A DNA stretch of 64,000 bases from positions 90,546,802 to 90,610,801 of the forward strand of contig NC_068990.1 of NCBI RefSeq assembly GCF_001194135.2. Direction: 5' to 3'. Both the position numbers and the translations under genes were made by a program. The stretch is from Octopus bimaculoides (taxonomy: Eukaryota). Under the pieces are notes generated by a model. It was given only the letters and a program-made list of their open reading frames with translations. It did not search any database and was not told the origin of the DNA. This document shows, in pieces, positions 52,475 to 64,000 of the stretch; the first letter of the stretch is position 1, and every line of letters begins with the position of its first letter.

Positions 52475-53759
52475 NNNNNNNNNNNNNNNNNNNNNNNNNN
52501 NNNNNNNNNNNNNNNNNNNNNNNNNNNNNNNNNNNNNNNNNNNNNNNNNNNNNNNNNNNNNNNNNNNNNNNNNNNNNNNNNNNNNNNNNNNNNNNNNNNN
52601 NNNNNNNNNNNNNNNNNNNNNNNNNNNNNNNNNNNNNNNNNNNNNNNNNNNNNNNNNNNNNNNNNNNNNNNNNNNNNNNNNNNNNNNNNNNNNNNNNNNN
52701 NNNNNNNNNNNNNNNNNNNNNNNNNNNNNNNNNNNNNNNNNNNNNNNNNNNNNNNNNNNNNNNNNNNNNNNNNNNNNNNNNNNNNNNNNNNNNNNNNNNN
52801 NNNNNNNNNNNNNNNNNNNNNNNNNNNNNNNNNNNNNNNNNNNNNNNNNNNNNNNNNNNNNNNNNNNNNNNNNNNNNNNNNNNNNNNNNNNNNNNNNNNN
52901 NNNNNNNNNNNNNNNNNNNNNNNNNNNNNNNNNNNNNNNNNNNNNNNNNNNNNNNNNNNNNNNNNNNNNNNNNNNNNNNNNNNNNNNNNNNNNNNNNNNN
53001 NNNNNNNNNNNNNNNNNNNNNNNNNNNNNNNNNNNNNNNNNNNNNNNNNNNNNNNNNNNNNNNNNNNNNNNNNNNNNNNNNNNNNNNNNNNNNNNNNNNN
53101 NNNNNNNNNNNNNNNNNNNNNNNNNNNNNNNNNNNNNNNNNNNNNNNNNNNNNNNNNNNNNNNNNNNNNNNNNNNNNNNNNNNNNNNNNNNNTATATATA
53201 TATATAAACAGAAAATATGCTTATTCCACACCTTTACACGTGGATGTCATTTTCCCTAATAATAGTCGATATTTGTGTACTAAGATAAAAATAAAGCAAA
53301 AATAAAAACCTCTAAAGTTTACTCAAAAACCTTAGACCAAATTTGAAGAGCCTGCAGTTAAGTACTTTGATGTTGTGATGCTTGTTTGTGTTGCATCTAA
53401 ATGGTCTTCTGTTGCTTATTAACGTATGTTTATGTTGCTTTTTCAGTTTGTTTAAAAGCCTTTTTCGTGAGCACTGATAAGCCAACATAATACCCCAGAG
53501 GCAGAGATTTTGTATCATACACACTTAATGAGACATAATTTCAGCTTCGGACCAGTGTTCTCTGGAAGGTTAGCGTGAAATTCGAGTAATTTGTATGAAA
53601 ATATCTACTGATGTAGTTTGTTGTCATTAACATGCTATTGAAATCTAAGTGTGTTATTTTAAAGTTTGAAAGCTGATTAACAATCGTATACATTAAACGA
53701 AAATGAGCTAAGGTAAACAACTGGGTGTTCAATGACATGTTTATAAACAACAAATTCAA

Positions 53760-54519
53760 ATATACAGGTATATCAAATACCTTATAAGATAAATTCTAGA
53801 TTTATTAGATGATGATCTCCAGTACTAAATAATGCGTCAGAAATATCAAATAGTTACTGAGAACAGCTCCGTAGGAAAAGGAGAGTCAATCTCAAGAAGC
53901 AAGAATTTATTCAACGTTGACGTGTCGTTAAAACAAAGAAATGTTTTGTTGTCTGGAGATAATAGCACAGTCATTGACATATGTTTCTGCCTCTATAGGC
54001 GTCATCAGCATATTGTCCTATATAACTTATAGCAACCAAGGGACCTATACGTACAAAAAAATATAGAGTACATTTAAGGAGTAGTTAATTTGGATAAGTT
54101 AGACAAAAATAAGCTACTTTATATGATCAACAACAAAGTCCTGGACAGATCCAACAGTCAAAGTATCGAATCACTGATCATCAAACACCGTCTCCCATGG
54201 TCAGGACATGTAACAAGAATGGAAGAGTCAAGGTTCCCACGCCAATTTCTATTCACTGAGCTCATTACAGAAAAAAGAACGTGGTGTTGTACTGAAAGCA
54301 ACACTGAAATCCACTGGAATTGAACCTAAATCGTTTGAAACACAAGCTCAATATCGTACCAACTGACAGTGTTTCATCACCATCGGAACCAAAATCTTCG
54401 AAGCCACCAGAAGAGAAAAGGAAGAACTCAAACTTCAGGAGAGAACATTATCATGCAGTCAATGTCGTTGACGCTTCTATGCAAAAATGAATTTACAGAG
54501 TCATCAACGCCATCACCAT
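53760..54519 (+). pseudogene. RTE/BovB-like LINE C-terminal region with terminal C2H2-like finger
   Basis: ORF 54090-54323: VLDRSNSQSIESLIIKHRLPWSGHVTRMEESRFPRQFLFTEL. Shifted frames give VLKATLKSTGIEPKSFETQAQYRTN* and CSQCR*RFYAKMNLQSHQRHH, as in RTE C-termini. Confidence 0.85.
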
Positions 54520-54570
54520 AAAGGAAGCGCTCTGAAAAGAGGAAAATAAATTCTCGTACANNNNNNNNNN

Positions 54571-54609
<39 letters not shown>

Positions 54610-55382
54610 AAATGAATGTGTGTGCGTGTATGTACGAGGCACGAGGTTTTACGGGTCTTTAGCACCAAACATTGCTTGACGGAGAGGAGTGAGAAATAAA
54701 TAACGAAGCAGAGCTAACTCATAAAAACGACTTTAAACGTTATTTCCCATACATTAGACTTGATTCTATGTAAGTGTTGGTAAAACGTCCGTGTGGGTGC
54801 TGCGTCACGTATAGTTTAATTGCACAATGCGAATACATCTAAATATATTCTCTTATATAAATGTATACAACCTGAATCACCGGACCGCACATTTACGAAC
54901 ATATGTGCATGTGTATACCGATCATTTAATGCGGAATTACAAAGCATTTAAACGCTTATTGGTCTATGCATTCATAAAATGGCGTATATGTGTGTTATAC
55001 GAATACAGCTTTGAATTCAGGCAAGAATGCCTTAAATCGTTGGGCGGTTACTAAATTAAAGGATATATATTATTACTATGTGCATCATTATTAATGATAT
55101 TATGCATCTGATATATATATATATATATATTCTGGCTGAATAGTTGGTGAGATCAGACTGTTGTTTATTTAAGCAAGGAGAGAAGGTCTTTTCACTAATG
55201 TTCAAAACGTCCACTGTAGGAGTTATTATATTTAATGTCACTGTATTTTCCAGATGATTTCACTTAAGTAATTGCCGAAATATGTTATTAAAAGACAAGC
55301 AAATAAATATGCCTCATCACACTAAACACGTACGTTATTGCCGTTGTGTTACGGTTACATTCTAATAAAAACAATATATATC

Positions 55383-55413
<31 letters not shown>

Positions 55414-55716
55414 TTGTGTGTGTGTGTGTGTGCACATACTTCAATTTCTATACAGCAAACCCACAACATATATAATATTATCAATTGAAGCAGCGGTAAA
55501 TACAACAACAACAATAACAAGAGAATCATTTATAACGCCAGTAACGATTTCACACAGTTCTTGTGATAAATTATACATATAATATGATATGGAAAATTAT
55601 CGCGTTTGATAAATAACTTATTATGAATGCTCGATGGTTGGGGATTAAGATAAAAGAGACATCTGGTCTGGGACAAATATGCTATATAACAATATTATGT
55701 GACTGATTTATATACA

Positions 55717-55822
55717 CGAGGGGTGTATGAAAAGTTTTCAGCCTTGATGTCTTGCACCTTCATCAGAAGCCTTGTACCATGTTTTGCTCTTTTGAGGCCC
55801 AAGACTTTCCATACATCCCTCG
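55717..55822. mobile_element. Mariner-derived MITE, about 106 bp
   Basis: TIRs cgaggggtgtatgaaaagttttcagcc vs reverse complement of ggcccaagactttccatacatccctcg (22/27). TA follows the right end, and the CGAGGG start is typical of irritans-like mariners. Confidence 0.7.
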
Positions 55823-55855
<33 letters not shown>

Positions 55856-57467
55856 CTGTATGTGTGTGTGTAGAGAGAGAGAGAGAGAGGGGGAGGGAGA
55901 AGGAGAGACAGACAGATAAATAGAAGATGGATGAGTAGATAGATAGGTAGATGTATGTGTATCTTCTCAGTAATTTAGTTAAAATATATATAAATACATG
56001 TATACGTGTATTTTTTGTATATACTGAGAGAGGGAGACAGACAGACAGGCAGACAGGCAGACAGGCAGACAGGCAGACAGAGACAAAGGCAGAAAGAAAG
56101 CTGCTAATTCTGCTACTACTGCTTCAAATATTGGTGCATTCTTTATCTTCACAAGTTGGTATTTTTAAGAATTTCATATTTTAATGTAAGATGTTTGTTA
56201 GTGTTTGGATCTATGTGTGTACGTATGTGCATGTATGTATGCATGCATGTATGTATGCATAGATGCATGCATGTATGTAGGTATGTATGTATGTGCATTT
56301 GTATGTATGCATGACAATATGTGATAGACTGATAAAATTGAAAGTCAATCTCAGTTAATAACAAGAGTATTTCTCTGTATAAAGAACTTTCCAAACACTA
56401 CTGTTAATCGGTTTTCAGCAGGTCATGTCATTATATACATTCATACACATGCATATATATACGTGTATATATATATATATATATATATNNNNNNNNNNNN
56501 NNNNNNNNNNNNNNNNNNNNNNNNNNNNNNNNNNNNNNNNNNNNNNNNNNNNNNNNNNNNNNNNNNNNNNNNNNNNNNNNNNNNNNNNNNNNNNNNNNNN
56601 NNNNNNNNNNNNNNNNNNNNNNNNNNNNNNNNNNNNNNNNNNNNNNNNNNNNNNNNNNNNNNNNNNNNNNNNNNNNNNNNNNNNNNNNNNNNNNNNNNNN
56701 NNNNNNNNNNNNNNNNNNNNNNNNNNNNNNNNNNNNNNNNNNNNNNNNNNNNNNNNNNNNNNNNNNNNNNNNNNNNNNNNNNNNNNNNNNNNNNNNNNNN
56801 NNNNNNNNNNNNNNNNNNNNNNNNNNNNNNNNNNNNNNNNNNNNNNNNNNNNNNNNNNNNNNNNNNNNNNNNNNNNNNNNNNNNNNNNNNNNNNNNNNNN
56901 NNNNNNNNNNNNNNNNNNNNNNNNNNNNNNNNNNNNNNNNNNNNNNNNNNNNNNNNNNNNNNNATATATATATATATATATACGTATATACACACATATA
57001 TACATGCATATATTCATATGTATGTTTGTATGTATATATATATATATGTGTATGCGTGCATGTGTGTATACGCGTGTTTGTGTGTCCATATGCACACATA
57101 TGTGTTTTCCTGTATGTATGTGTGTATGTATGCATGCATGTATGTATGTATGTTTGTACGTGCTTGTGCGTTGTTTACTTTTCAGGTGAAATATCCAGTC
57201 TCTTCTGGTTTGTGAAATTCTCCAACACTTCAACAACATTCCTATTTGTTGGTCAAAGCATGTCCAACCCATTCGCTAAGTGTTACAATAACAGTAGTTT
57301 TAATGCTTTTACTTGTCCACCATCGCAGACTACAACGTCAAGTTTCGTTAAGACTTTCTGCAATACAGACACGAAACGGTTCCGTCTCGTCTTCTTTCTT
57401 TCTTTTTGAATCCGGTGAATTTTCCATATATGGAATGCTCCTCACATATCTATACCGTTTCTGTTGT

Positions 57468-57548
<81 letters not shown>

Positions 57549-57901
57549 TGCTCCATGACTAATGCCATTCTCCTCTTGAGAAACAAGCATTAGTTAAGAA
57601 TTTCGCCAGTGATAAGAACGATTCCATTATTGAATCTCTTCATGGCAGCTATCATTAGAAGAAAATGTCAGAAATCCTACTTGAAATACTTTTCACCGCT
57701 AGATGGCAGAAGCAGATGAGCACAAGTATACAATTGGCTTTTAGTATTAGTTTGACCACTATTTATTCTGGGATCGTTTCCCGACGAATTTCATTCTACT
57801 TTGTCTTACACAACGTTCCACTAAGATTGACATGTCTTGTCACATTCTCGCTTCTGTCATTTCCGTAGACGACATCCATTCAAAAGAGAAATGGACACAG
57901 A

Positions 57902-58190
57902 TGGATAAAGGGTAAAGAATGGGAAACCAGTATTGAAGGAAAAACTACGCAGGTTGACCAGTTGATTTGCGAGGACAGGCGAGGCACAATCTGTGAGCTT
58001 GGTTCGCAACTAGACTGCCGTCACACTACATGAGATATGATGGAAAGTGTTGGGTATCCGAAAGTGTATGATAAGTGGGTACCTTGTAAGTTGGCACTCG
58101 ATTTGAAGCAGAGACGGCTGAAAGTCTTTTCTGATTTACTGGAAGCGTTTGGAGTTAATAAAGATACGTTTTTTGTGATCTGGTGAGAAG
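57902..58190 (+). pseudogene. Mariner transposase remnant (HTH to start of catalytic domain; not in the ORF track)
   Basis: Manual translation: ETSIEGKTTQVDQLICEDRRGTICEL..*DMMESVGYPKVYDKWVPCKLALDLKQRRLKVFSDLL, matching the mariner EDRRxTIxEL and KVxAKWVPxxL motifs. Confidence 0.8.
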
Positions 58191-58439
58191 CAATGAAAAG
58201 GGATATATGCTCAGTTCACGCAAACAGGTATCGAAAAGATAGAAGTGCATTAATTCACATACAAAAATAAGAGATGGTCATTATTGGAAAGTCTTTGGTA
58301 TTGGATTTTCACGATAGCGATTCACAATGCAGTTTTCATTTTTGTTTTACATTAATGAACTTATCAATGAAATAATGTAAATAGAAAGAGAACTATTTAT
58401 ATATTTCAAGGCTTTACTCTATATAAGTAAATATATAGG

Positions 58440-58483
<44 letters not shown>

Positions 58484-58531
58484 GGATGGATGGAGAAAGA
58501 GAGAGAGATAGACAGATAGGTAGATATATAG

Positions 58532-58597
<66 letters not shown>

Positions 58598-59795
58598 AAT
58601 GCAATAAATTGTTCCTTGATGATTCGTAGTGTTTAAGCTTCCATTTCATCTTAGAACATCCAATGCAGAGTTATAAAAAAAATAACAATGTTGAAACGTA
58701 CGTAGCAACTAATAATACAAACTTGCATTTATCGCAATTTATGCTACATTTGTTCTGTATCTTCTAACTATTAATACTATTATATATACTTGCTACTTAA
58801 CCACTATACTGGAAGAAGTTTGGACAATGATACTCAATGTGGAACTCGAAGCTTAACAGCAGCAGTCATGCATCAATTTGTACACACAAGAAGGCAGCGA
58901 GCTGGCCTTTTCTTTTCGACTTTCCGATGTCTCCAATTCCGAAGAGGAGCTTTACTCGAACGTAAAACAACCACTATTTTTTCCTTCTCTGAGCATCTTA
59001 TTAATACTTCGCATGCACCACGTCCTCGCGTGACACAGTTTGTAAGAAGGCTGGCTCTTTAAATTATGGTTAAATGTCTGTGCGGCTTCCGAACAATTTC
59101 TATTTACCTTATATCATTCTCAAATATCTGTCGTCAAAAGAATCTGAAAACTGATATAAGCATTACACGATCTTCTCTGATTAACTTAATATTTAATAAA
59201 CTGGAAGAATTTATTGTTTTACAATATAAAGAAGACAGCTTCGCAATATTTACCGACATTCTTCGTTTGATGTTTCTACAAGTTGTTAATTACTGACCAT
59301 CAATAGAATGAAACTGGCTTAACAGAGTAGATTTATCACGTTCAGTAGTGTTCTTGGTGTGTGAAAACGGCATTAAAATCTATAGAGAGATTAAATACAT
59401 TTTGATTGACGGACATGTGTTTTTTTTCTTTGTTATTGTCCATATTTTATGTGTGTTTCATTCTTTGAGTAAGATCTAAGAAAAAACATGTTGTAGAATC
59501 AACCACTGGGATTTCAGAATTAATATATTTATGAGGCTCTTATCAACATACATTCAGGTGAATATCACAACTGGTTTTATGATTTGTGGCATTTTGTGTT
59601 TATTTGTCATTGCGACATCTTATCAACAATTCAACATCGTTTCATCATCTCAGAAATAAGTTTTTTTAAAAACTAATTCTTATCTTATTCTTTTTTCTTT
59701 TTTTTTTTCAATTTAATTATGAAGTAATTAGTTTACATTAACATTTCGAAAATATTTAATGAAGAAATGTAAATTATATGTTTAATTATTGAATA

Positions 59796-59970
59796 GGCGC
59801 AGGAGTAGCTGTGTGGTAAGTAGCTTGCTCACCAATCACATGGTTCCGGGTTCAATCCCACTGCGTGGTACCTTGGGCAAGTGTCTTCTACTATAGCTTC
59901 GGGCCGACCAAAGCCTTGTGAGTGGATTTGGTAGACGGAAACTGAAACAAGCCCGTCGTATATATGTATA

Positions 59971-60030
<60 letters not shown>

Positions 60031-60235
60031 TCTGTGTTTGTCCCCCATCATCGCTTGACAGCCGATGCTGGTGTGTTTACGTCTCTGTCACCTAGCAGTT
60101 CGGCAAAAGAGACTGATAGAATAAGTACTAGGCGTGCAAAGAATAAGTCCTGGGGTCAGTTTGTTCGACTAAAGGCGGTGCTCCAGCATGGCCGCAGTCA
60201 AATGATTGAAACAAGTTAAAGAATAACAGAATAAA
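59796..60235 (+). mobile_element. SINE family A, full length (tRNA-derived, CORE-like; resembles described octopus OR-type SINEs)
   Basis: A-box tagctgtgtgg, B-box ggttcaatccc, CORE-like ccttgggcaagtg, internal (TG)n, 3' domain ending in aaagaataa repeats. Family name is from recollection only. Confidence 0.9.
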
Positions 60236-61988
60236 AGAAGACTATTTTGTTACGGTTATTTCTATAGAAATTATATAGCCAGCACTGATTTTTTTTACTT
60301 CAAAGTTTCGTATCGAGAAGTCAGACGTAAACAAACAATGAGATCGAAGATAAACATGGGGACGTCTCGATATGAAACGTTGTAGCAAGAAAAATGAGAC
60401 TGCTTTGAATGTGAGTATGCCGATTAGACAGCCGAACAGTCTGAAGACTTATGGATACTAGACCGAGAATGTTCTGTGTTCATAAAGTATGTATTATTGG
60501 ATTTGAAAATAAATAATGGTTAGATTTATATCCCGAAACGACAGGAACAGAATCATTATAAAGAAAAGAAGTTTCAATTAAGAAATTTTCAACTAAGTTA
60601 TTATTCACGTAAATTCTGACCGCGAAACCTAAAACAGGATGTGTGCTGATGGATGGCGTTCATCTTTCAGTCTTTATTGTCTCCCTTCCATTATCCGGCC
60701 ACTGACATATTGCATAAGTAGGTATGAGTGTGTGCAATGTCGTCTCAGGACAACAGGCATAATATTACGTAAGTGAGGACAGAGTTTTTAGTTTCCCATC
60801 TTGATTCTTGATTACATTATTGAGTTTAATGTTCATGACGCACAAAGACTTCAGTGAGCGTCTGGTGCTTATATATATATATATATATNNNNNNNNNNAC
60901 AAATGACTCAAACTGATTAACATACCTATTTTAACAGACCTTTTGCATAAATGAACAATTGTACTTTAATTACTTATCCGCATACAGACGTACATGCAGA
61001 CACACATAAACATACACATGTGTATGTATGTATGTATGTTTGTATGTGTATGTATGTATATGTATATATATTTATAATTAATTTATAAATAAAGATGTGT
61101 TAAAGAATTTTCTTTGTTGTCGTCTTATTTGGGTATATATGTGTGTGTGTGTGTGTGTGCACTTTTGTTGAAAGATATTTCTTGCTCAACAAAATATTGT
61201 CACTTTATAGAATATATATAAATCTAGGATCGAATCAAGGATATAGACTCTTTACGATCGCTTGATCTACAAGAAACAGCAGTCAAATTTCTCTGAAATC
61301 ACATCGAAACATCTCAAAAGAAAACACATTAACATATTAGTTAACATAATTTTAGTTAGAGAGATGGTCACGGCTGGAATCATAAGATGACGTGAATCTA
61401 AGTGCCAACTACAGACATCTGCCGTAGTAAGTAAAAGAATTTTCTTCTCTACAACGGAGAATTGAAACCGTATCGTAACTACAATTTGACTGAAACTTAA
61501 TTAAACTAACATATGATTTAATAATTTTAAAATTGAGCCAATGAATATTGATAACTTAATTAAATCTCACTTTGAAACTCATTCTAATGAAACTGAACCT
61601 AATGAAAATTTCGCACTGCAGAATTTTATCAAACAGAGTAAAGCAAATATGTTTAGATGCGTTTAATATTTGAAAGATGTTTCAGTTTCTTTTCACATTG
61701 TTAACAACTCAAGTAATTGTAAATATTTGAAATCGGGGTGGAGTTAACTTGAGAAATAATTACTGTGATCTACGTTATTGCTATGGTCGTTCGGCAATTA
61801 TCGCATTGAGAAATATTTTGAATATGTTCTTTGAAATATTCCAAATTGTTGAAACTGTTATTCAAAGCTGTGATTTAGAATTGGATAGGTGAACGCTTTT
61901 TTCAAAAACTACAGAGAATCTAGAAATAGAACAGGGTTATCTTTGTTACTTAATCATTATGTTTTTAATGTGCCATCACATCCTGCAG

Positions 61989-62040
<52 letters not shown>

Positions 62041-62044
62041 ATAT

Positions 62045-62410
62045 ATGGGTACAGAATATCACCAACAGTAAACAACATGAAATTCGAAAACAAATGAGTT
62101 AAATACGCAAACAACGAGAGAGAAAGATGGAAAACAAGACAAGTAACACAAATAACGACCCTTCATCAGTTGTCGGCTGTCTATCCTCATTTCGAGCATT
62201 CAACGACAATATGAGTCTTCAAAGACAGTTGCTCCAATAAATACCAAAATAAAATTTTTGATTTATGGAGGGTCACAGTTGGGAACAAAAACAGCACAGT
62301 GGAGACATACAAGAAAACCTAACGAAAACAAACATGGAGGGTCGTTAGACTAGAACGAGCGTAAAATATCGAACGCTGGGAGAAATATTTTCTATGACAA
62401 GAGAATTTTT
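62045..62410 (-). mobile_element. Putative retroelement terminal segment (possibly Penelope-associated) hosting a hammerhead-like motif
   Basis: Abuts (TA)/(TG) microsatellite on one side and truncates the mariner arm on the other. It has only one copy in this window, so repeat status and class are inferred. Confidence 0.35.
62158..62228 (-). ncRNA. Candidate hammerhead ribozyme with non-canonical strand order
   Basis: Minus-strand RNA: CUGUCU uugaaga CUCAU A UUGUCG uugaau GCUC GAA AUGAG gau AGACAG c CGACAA CUGAUGA A GGGU. It has core CUGAUGA and GAAA, AUA cleavage triplet, stem I 6 bp, stem III 5 bp plus a 6-bp extension, and stem II 4 bp (2 G-U). Confidence 0.5.
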
Positions 62411-63185
62411 GTAACCTTCTAGTTTACTTACGCTATTTACAGCAGTGCTTGGAAGGAACGTGTGTAACGTGTGATCGTCGCATTGACCATGACAGAAAAT
62501 GTTGTCATGGCGATACTTGCTCACAGGCTTACACAAAGTTGCAGAAAGTGTATGGAGAGGAGTGTATGAGCTGCACACAAGTGTGTGAGTGGTTTACAAG
62601 TTGGCCGAAAAAATGTCGATATTGATGAACGTTCTGGGAGACCCGCAAGCATCAGAACTGAGAAAATTATCGCAGATGTGCGTGCAGCTATGAGGGGAAA
62701 TACTCGAATCAACATCTGTGAGTTATCAGAGAATGTGCAGATTAATTACGGTCCTGTTCAGTCTATTTTCACTGAAGATTTTGGTATGAGACGCGTGTCT
62801 ACCAAGTTTGAGTCAAAACGGCTTTCAGCGGATCAAAAAGACGGTTTCAGTTGCATAAAATTTCCTTGAGTGTGTTGAGAACGATGAAAACTTTTTGAAA
62901 ACTTTACGTAGACCTCTGAGCAGGTATTACCAAGCTTTTGGCAAAATCTGATGCAGATTCTCTACTCAACTCTCTCTGTCATGGTCAATGCGACGATCAC
63001 ACGCTACACACTTTCCTTTCAAGCACTGTTGTAAACAGCGGAAGTGCGCTAGAACGTTAAAACCTACTACGCATGCACAGCAAAGTTAAGGTCAATCTGT
63101 GCCAAGTGGCTTCACTTTGCGTGCTTTAACTTCGTTACTATAGCAACAGTCCGGATAATTCATCCTTCAGTTACTTTTACGTACA
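62411..63185. mobile_element. Fold-back mariner derivative: 5' transposase fragment (+) joined to an inverted copy of its own 5' end (-)
   Basis: Plus strand from ATG 62489: MTENV..GDTCSQAYTKLQKVYGEECMSCTQVCEWF / DIDERSGRP..VRAAMRGNTRINICELS..FTEDFGMRRVSTKF / FLECVENDENFLKT. Minus strand from ATG 62982: MTERVE*RICIRFCQKLGNTCSEVYVK. Upstream non-coding arms 62411-62496 and about 62975-63060 are inverted copies. Confidence 0.9.
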
Positions 63186-63959
63186 TACGTAAAAGTAACT
63201 GAAGGAAATTCTTGCATTTAAAAGCATATTTTTTCCTCATTTTCTTTACACAACGTCAAATCGAAATTTGCTTGAAGAAAATGGCAAAACATCTGTGGCA
63301 TTTATGAATAAATCACTTTTTCGATTACTTTTCTCTTAGTAAAAATAAATAATACTTGAAAAAAAAGAAAGCAATAAACACAAGAAAATTATTATCTCAA
63401 CCTAGACTGACAGGCATTATTTTTCGCAATTATCATCGTTTTGAACTTAAAGCTCCTTTATGAAAAGCACGCCTGGTTCCGCTCGACACGAACAGCCTGC
63501 ATCTATAATATGATTTTCGCTGCCATTAGTTTATTAAAAGATTAATTAATTGAACTCATATTATTTTTTTTTTACATTTCATTATTTTTTTATTTATATA
63601 TTTATTTGATGATTTGTTGTAGTTTTAGTATATATGTTTGCTTTCACCATTTAAAAAATATATTGTTTGTTTGTTTGTTTTATTGGTTGCTTTTTTAAAA
63701 ATTTCTTATTCTCCTTCTATAAGATGACTTAATCAAGTGTCATGCAAATACGACTGGTTGAATAAAGAAAATATTTATTACATTAAATTGATCAGCGGTA
63801 GTTAATTAATAATTTTAAAAAATATCATTGATGGAAACCTACTTTCATATATTAATAAATTGCTAATTGTCTAAACATGATTACACACTCACACAAGAAC
63901 AGACCAGTTACATACGCATATATGGTTATATGTGTATATATATATATGTATATGTATAT

Positions 63960-64000
<41 letters not shown>

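Overview
Eukaryotic, AT-rich, gap-ridden (many N runs, nearly all bordered by microsatellite) genomic DNA with very high microsatellite density. The SINE families and repeat landscape look like an octopus (coleoid cephalopod) short-read assembly; this is recalled similarity, not a database result. No intact protein-coding gene, tRNA, rRNA or CRISPR array can be supported, and nearly all listed ORFs are microsatellite or gap artefacts. Recognisable content: at least three tRNA-derived SINE families and one unclassified dispersed repeat; decayed LINE fragments (three restriction-like endonuclease C-termini, two RTE, one Penelope-like RT); two mariner transposase remnants, one a fold-back element; several MITEs; and a few weak candidate exons around 15.2-15.7 kb. 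The most striking unexplained signal is a complete hammerhead-ribozyme core with all three stems on the minus strand at 62158-62228, in a strand order that is none of the canonical types I/II/III. Repeat coordinates are approximate (about +/-10-20 nt) unless a motif is quoted.
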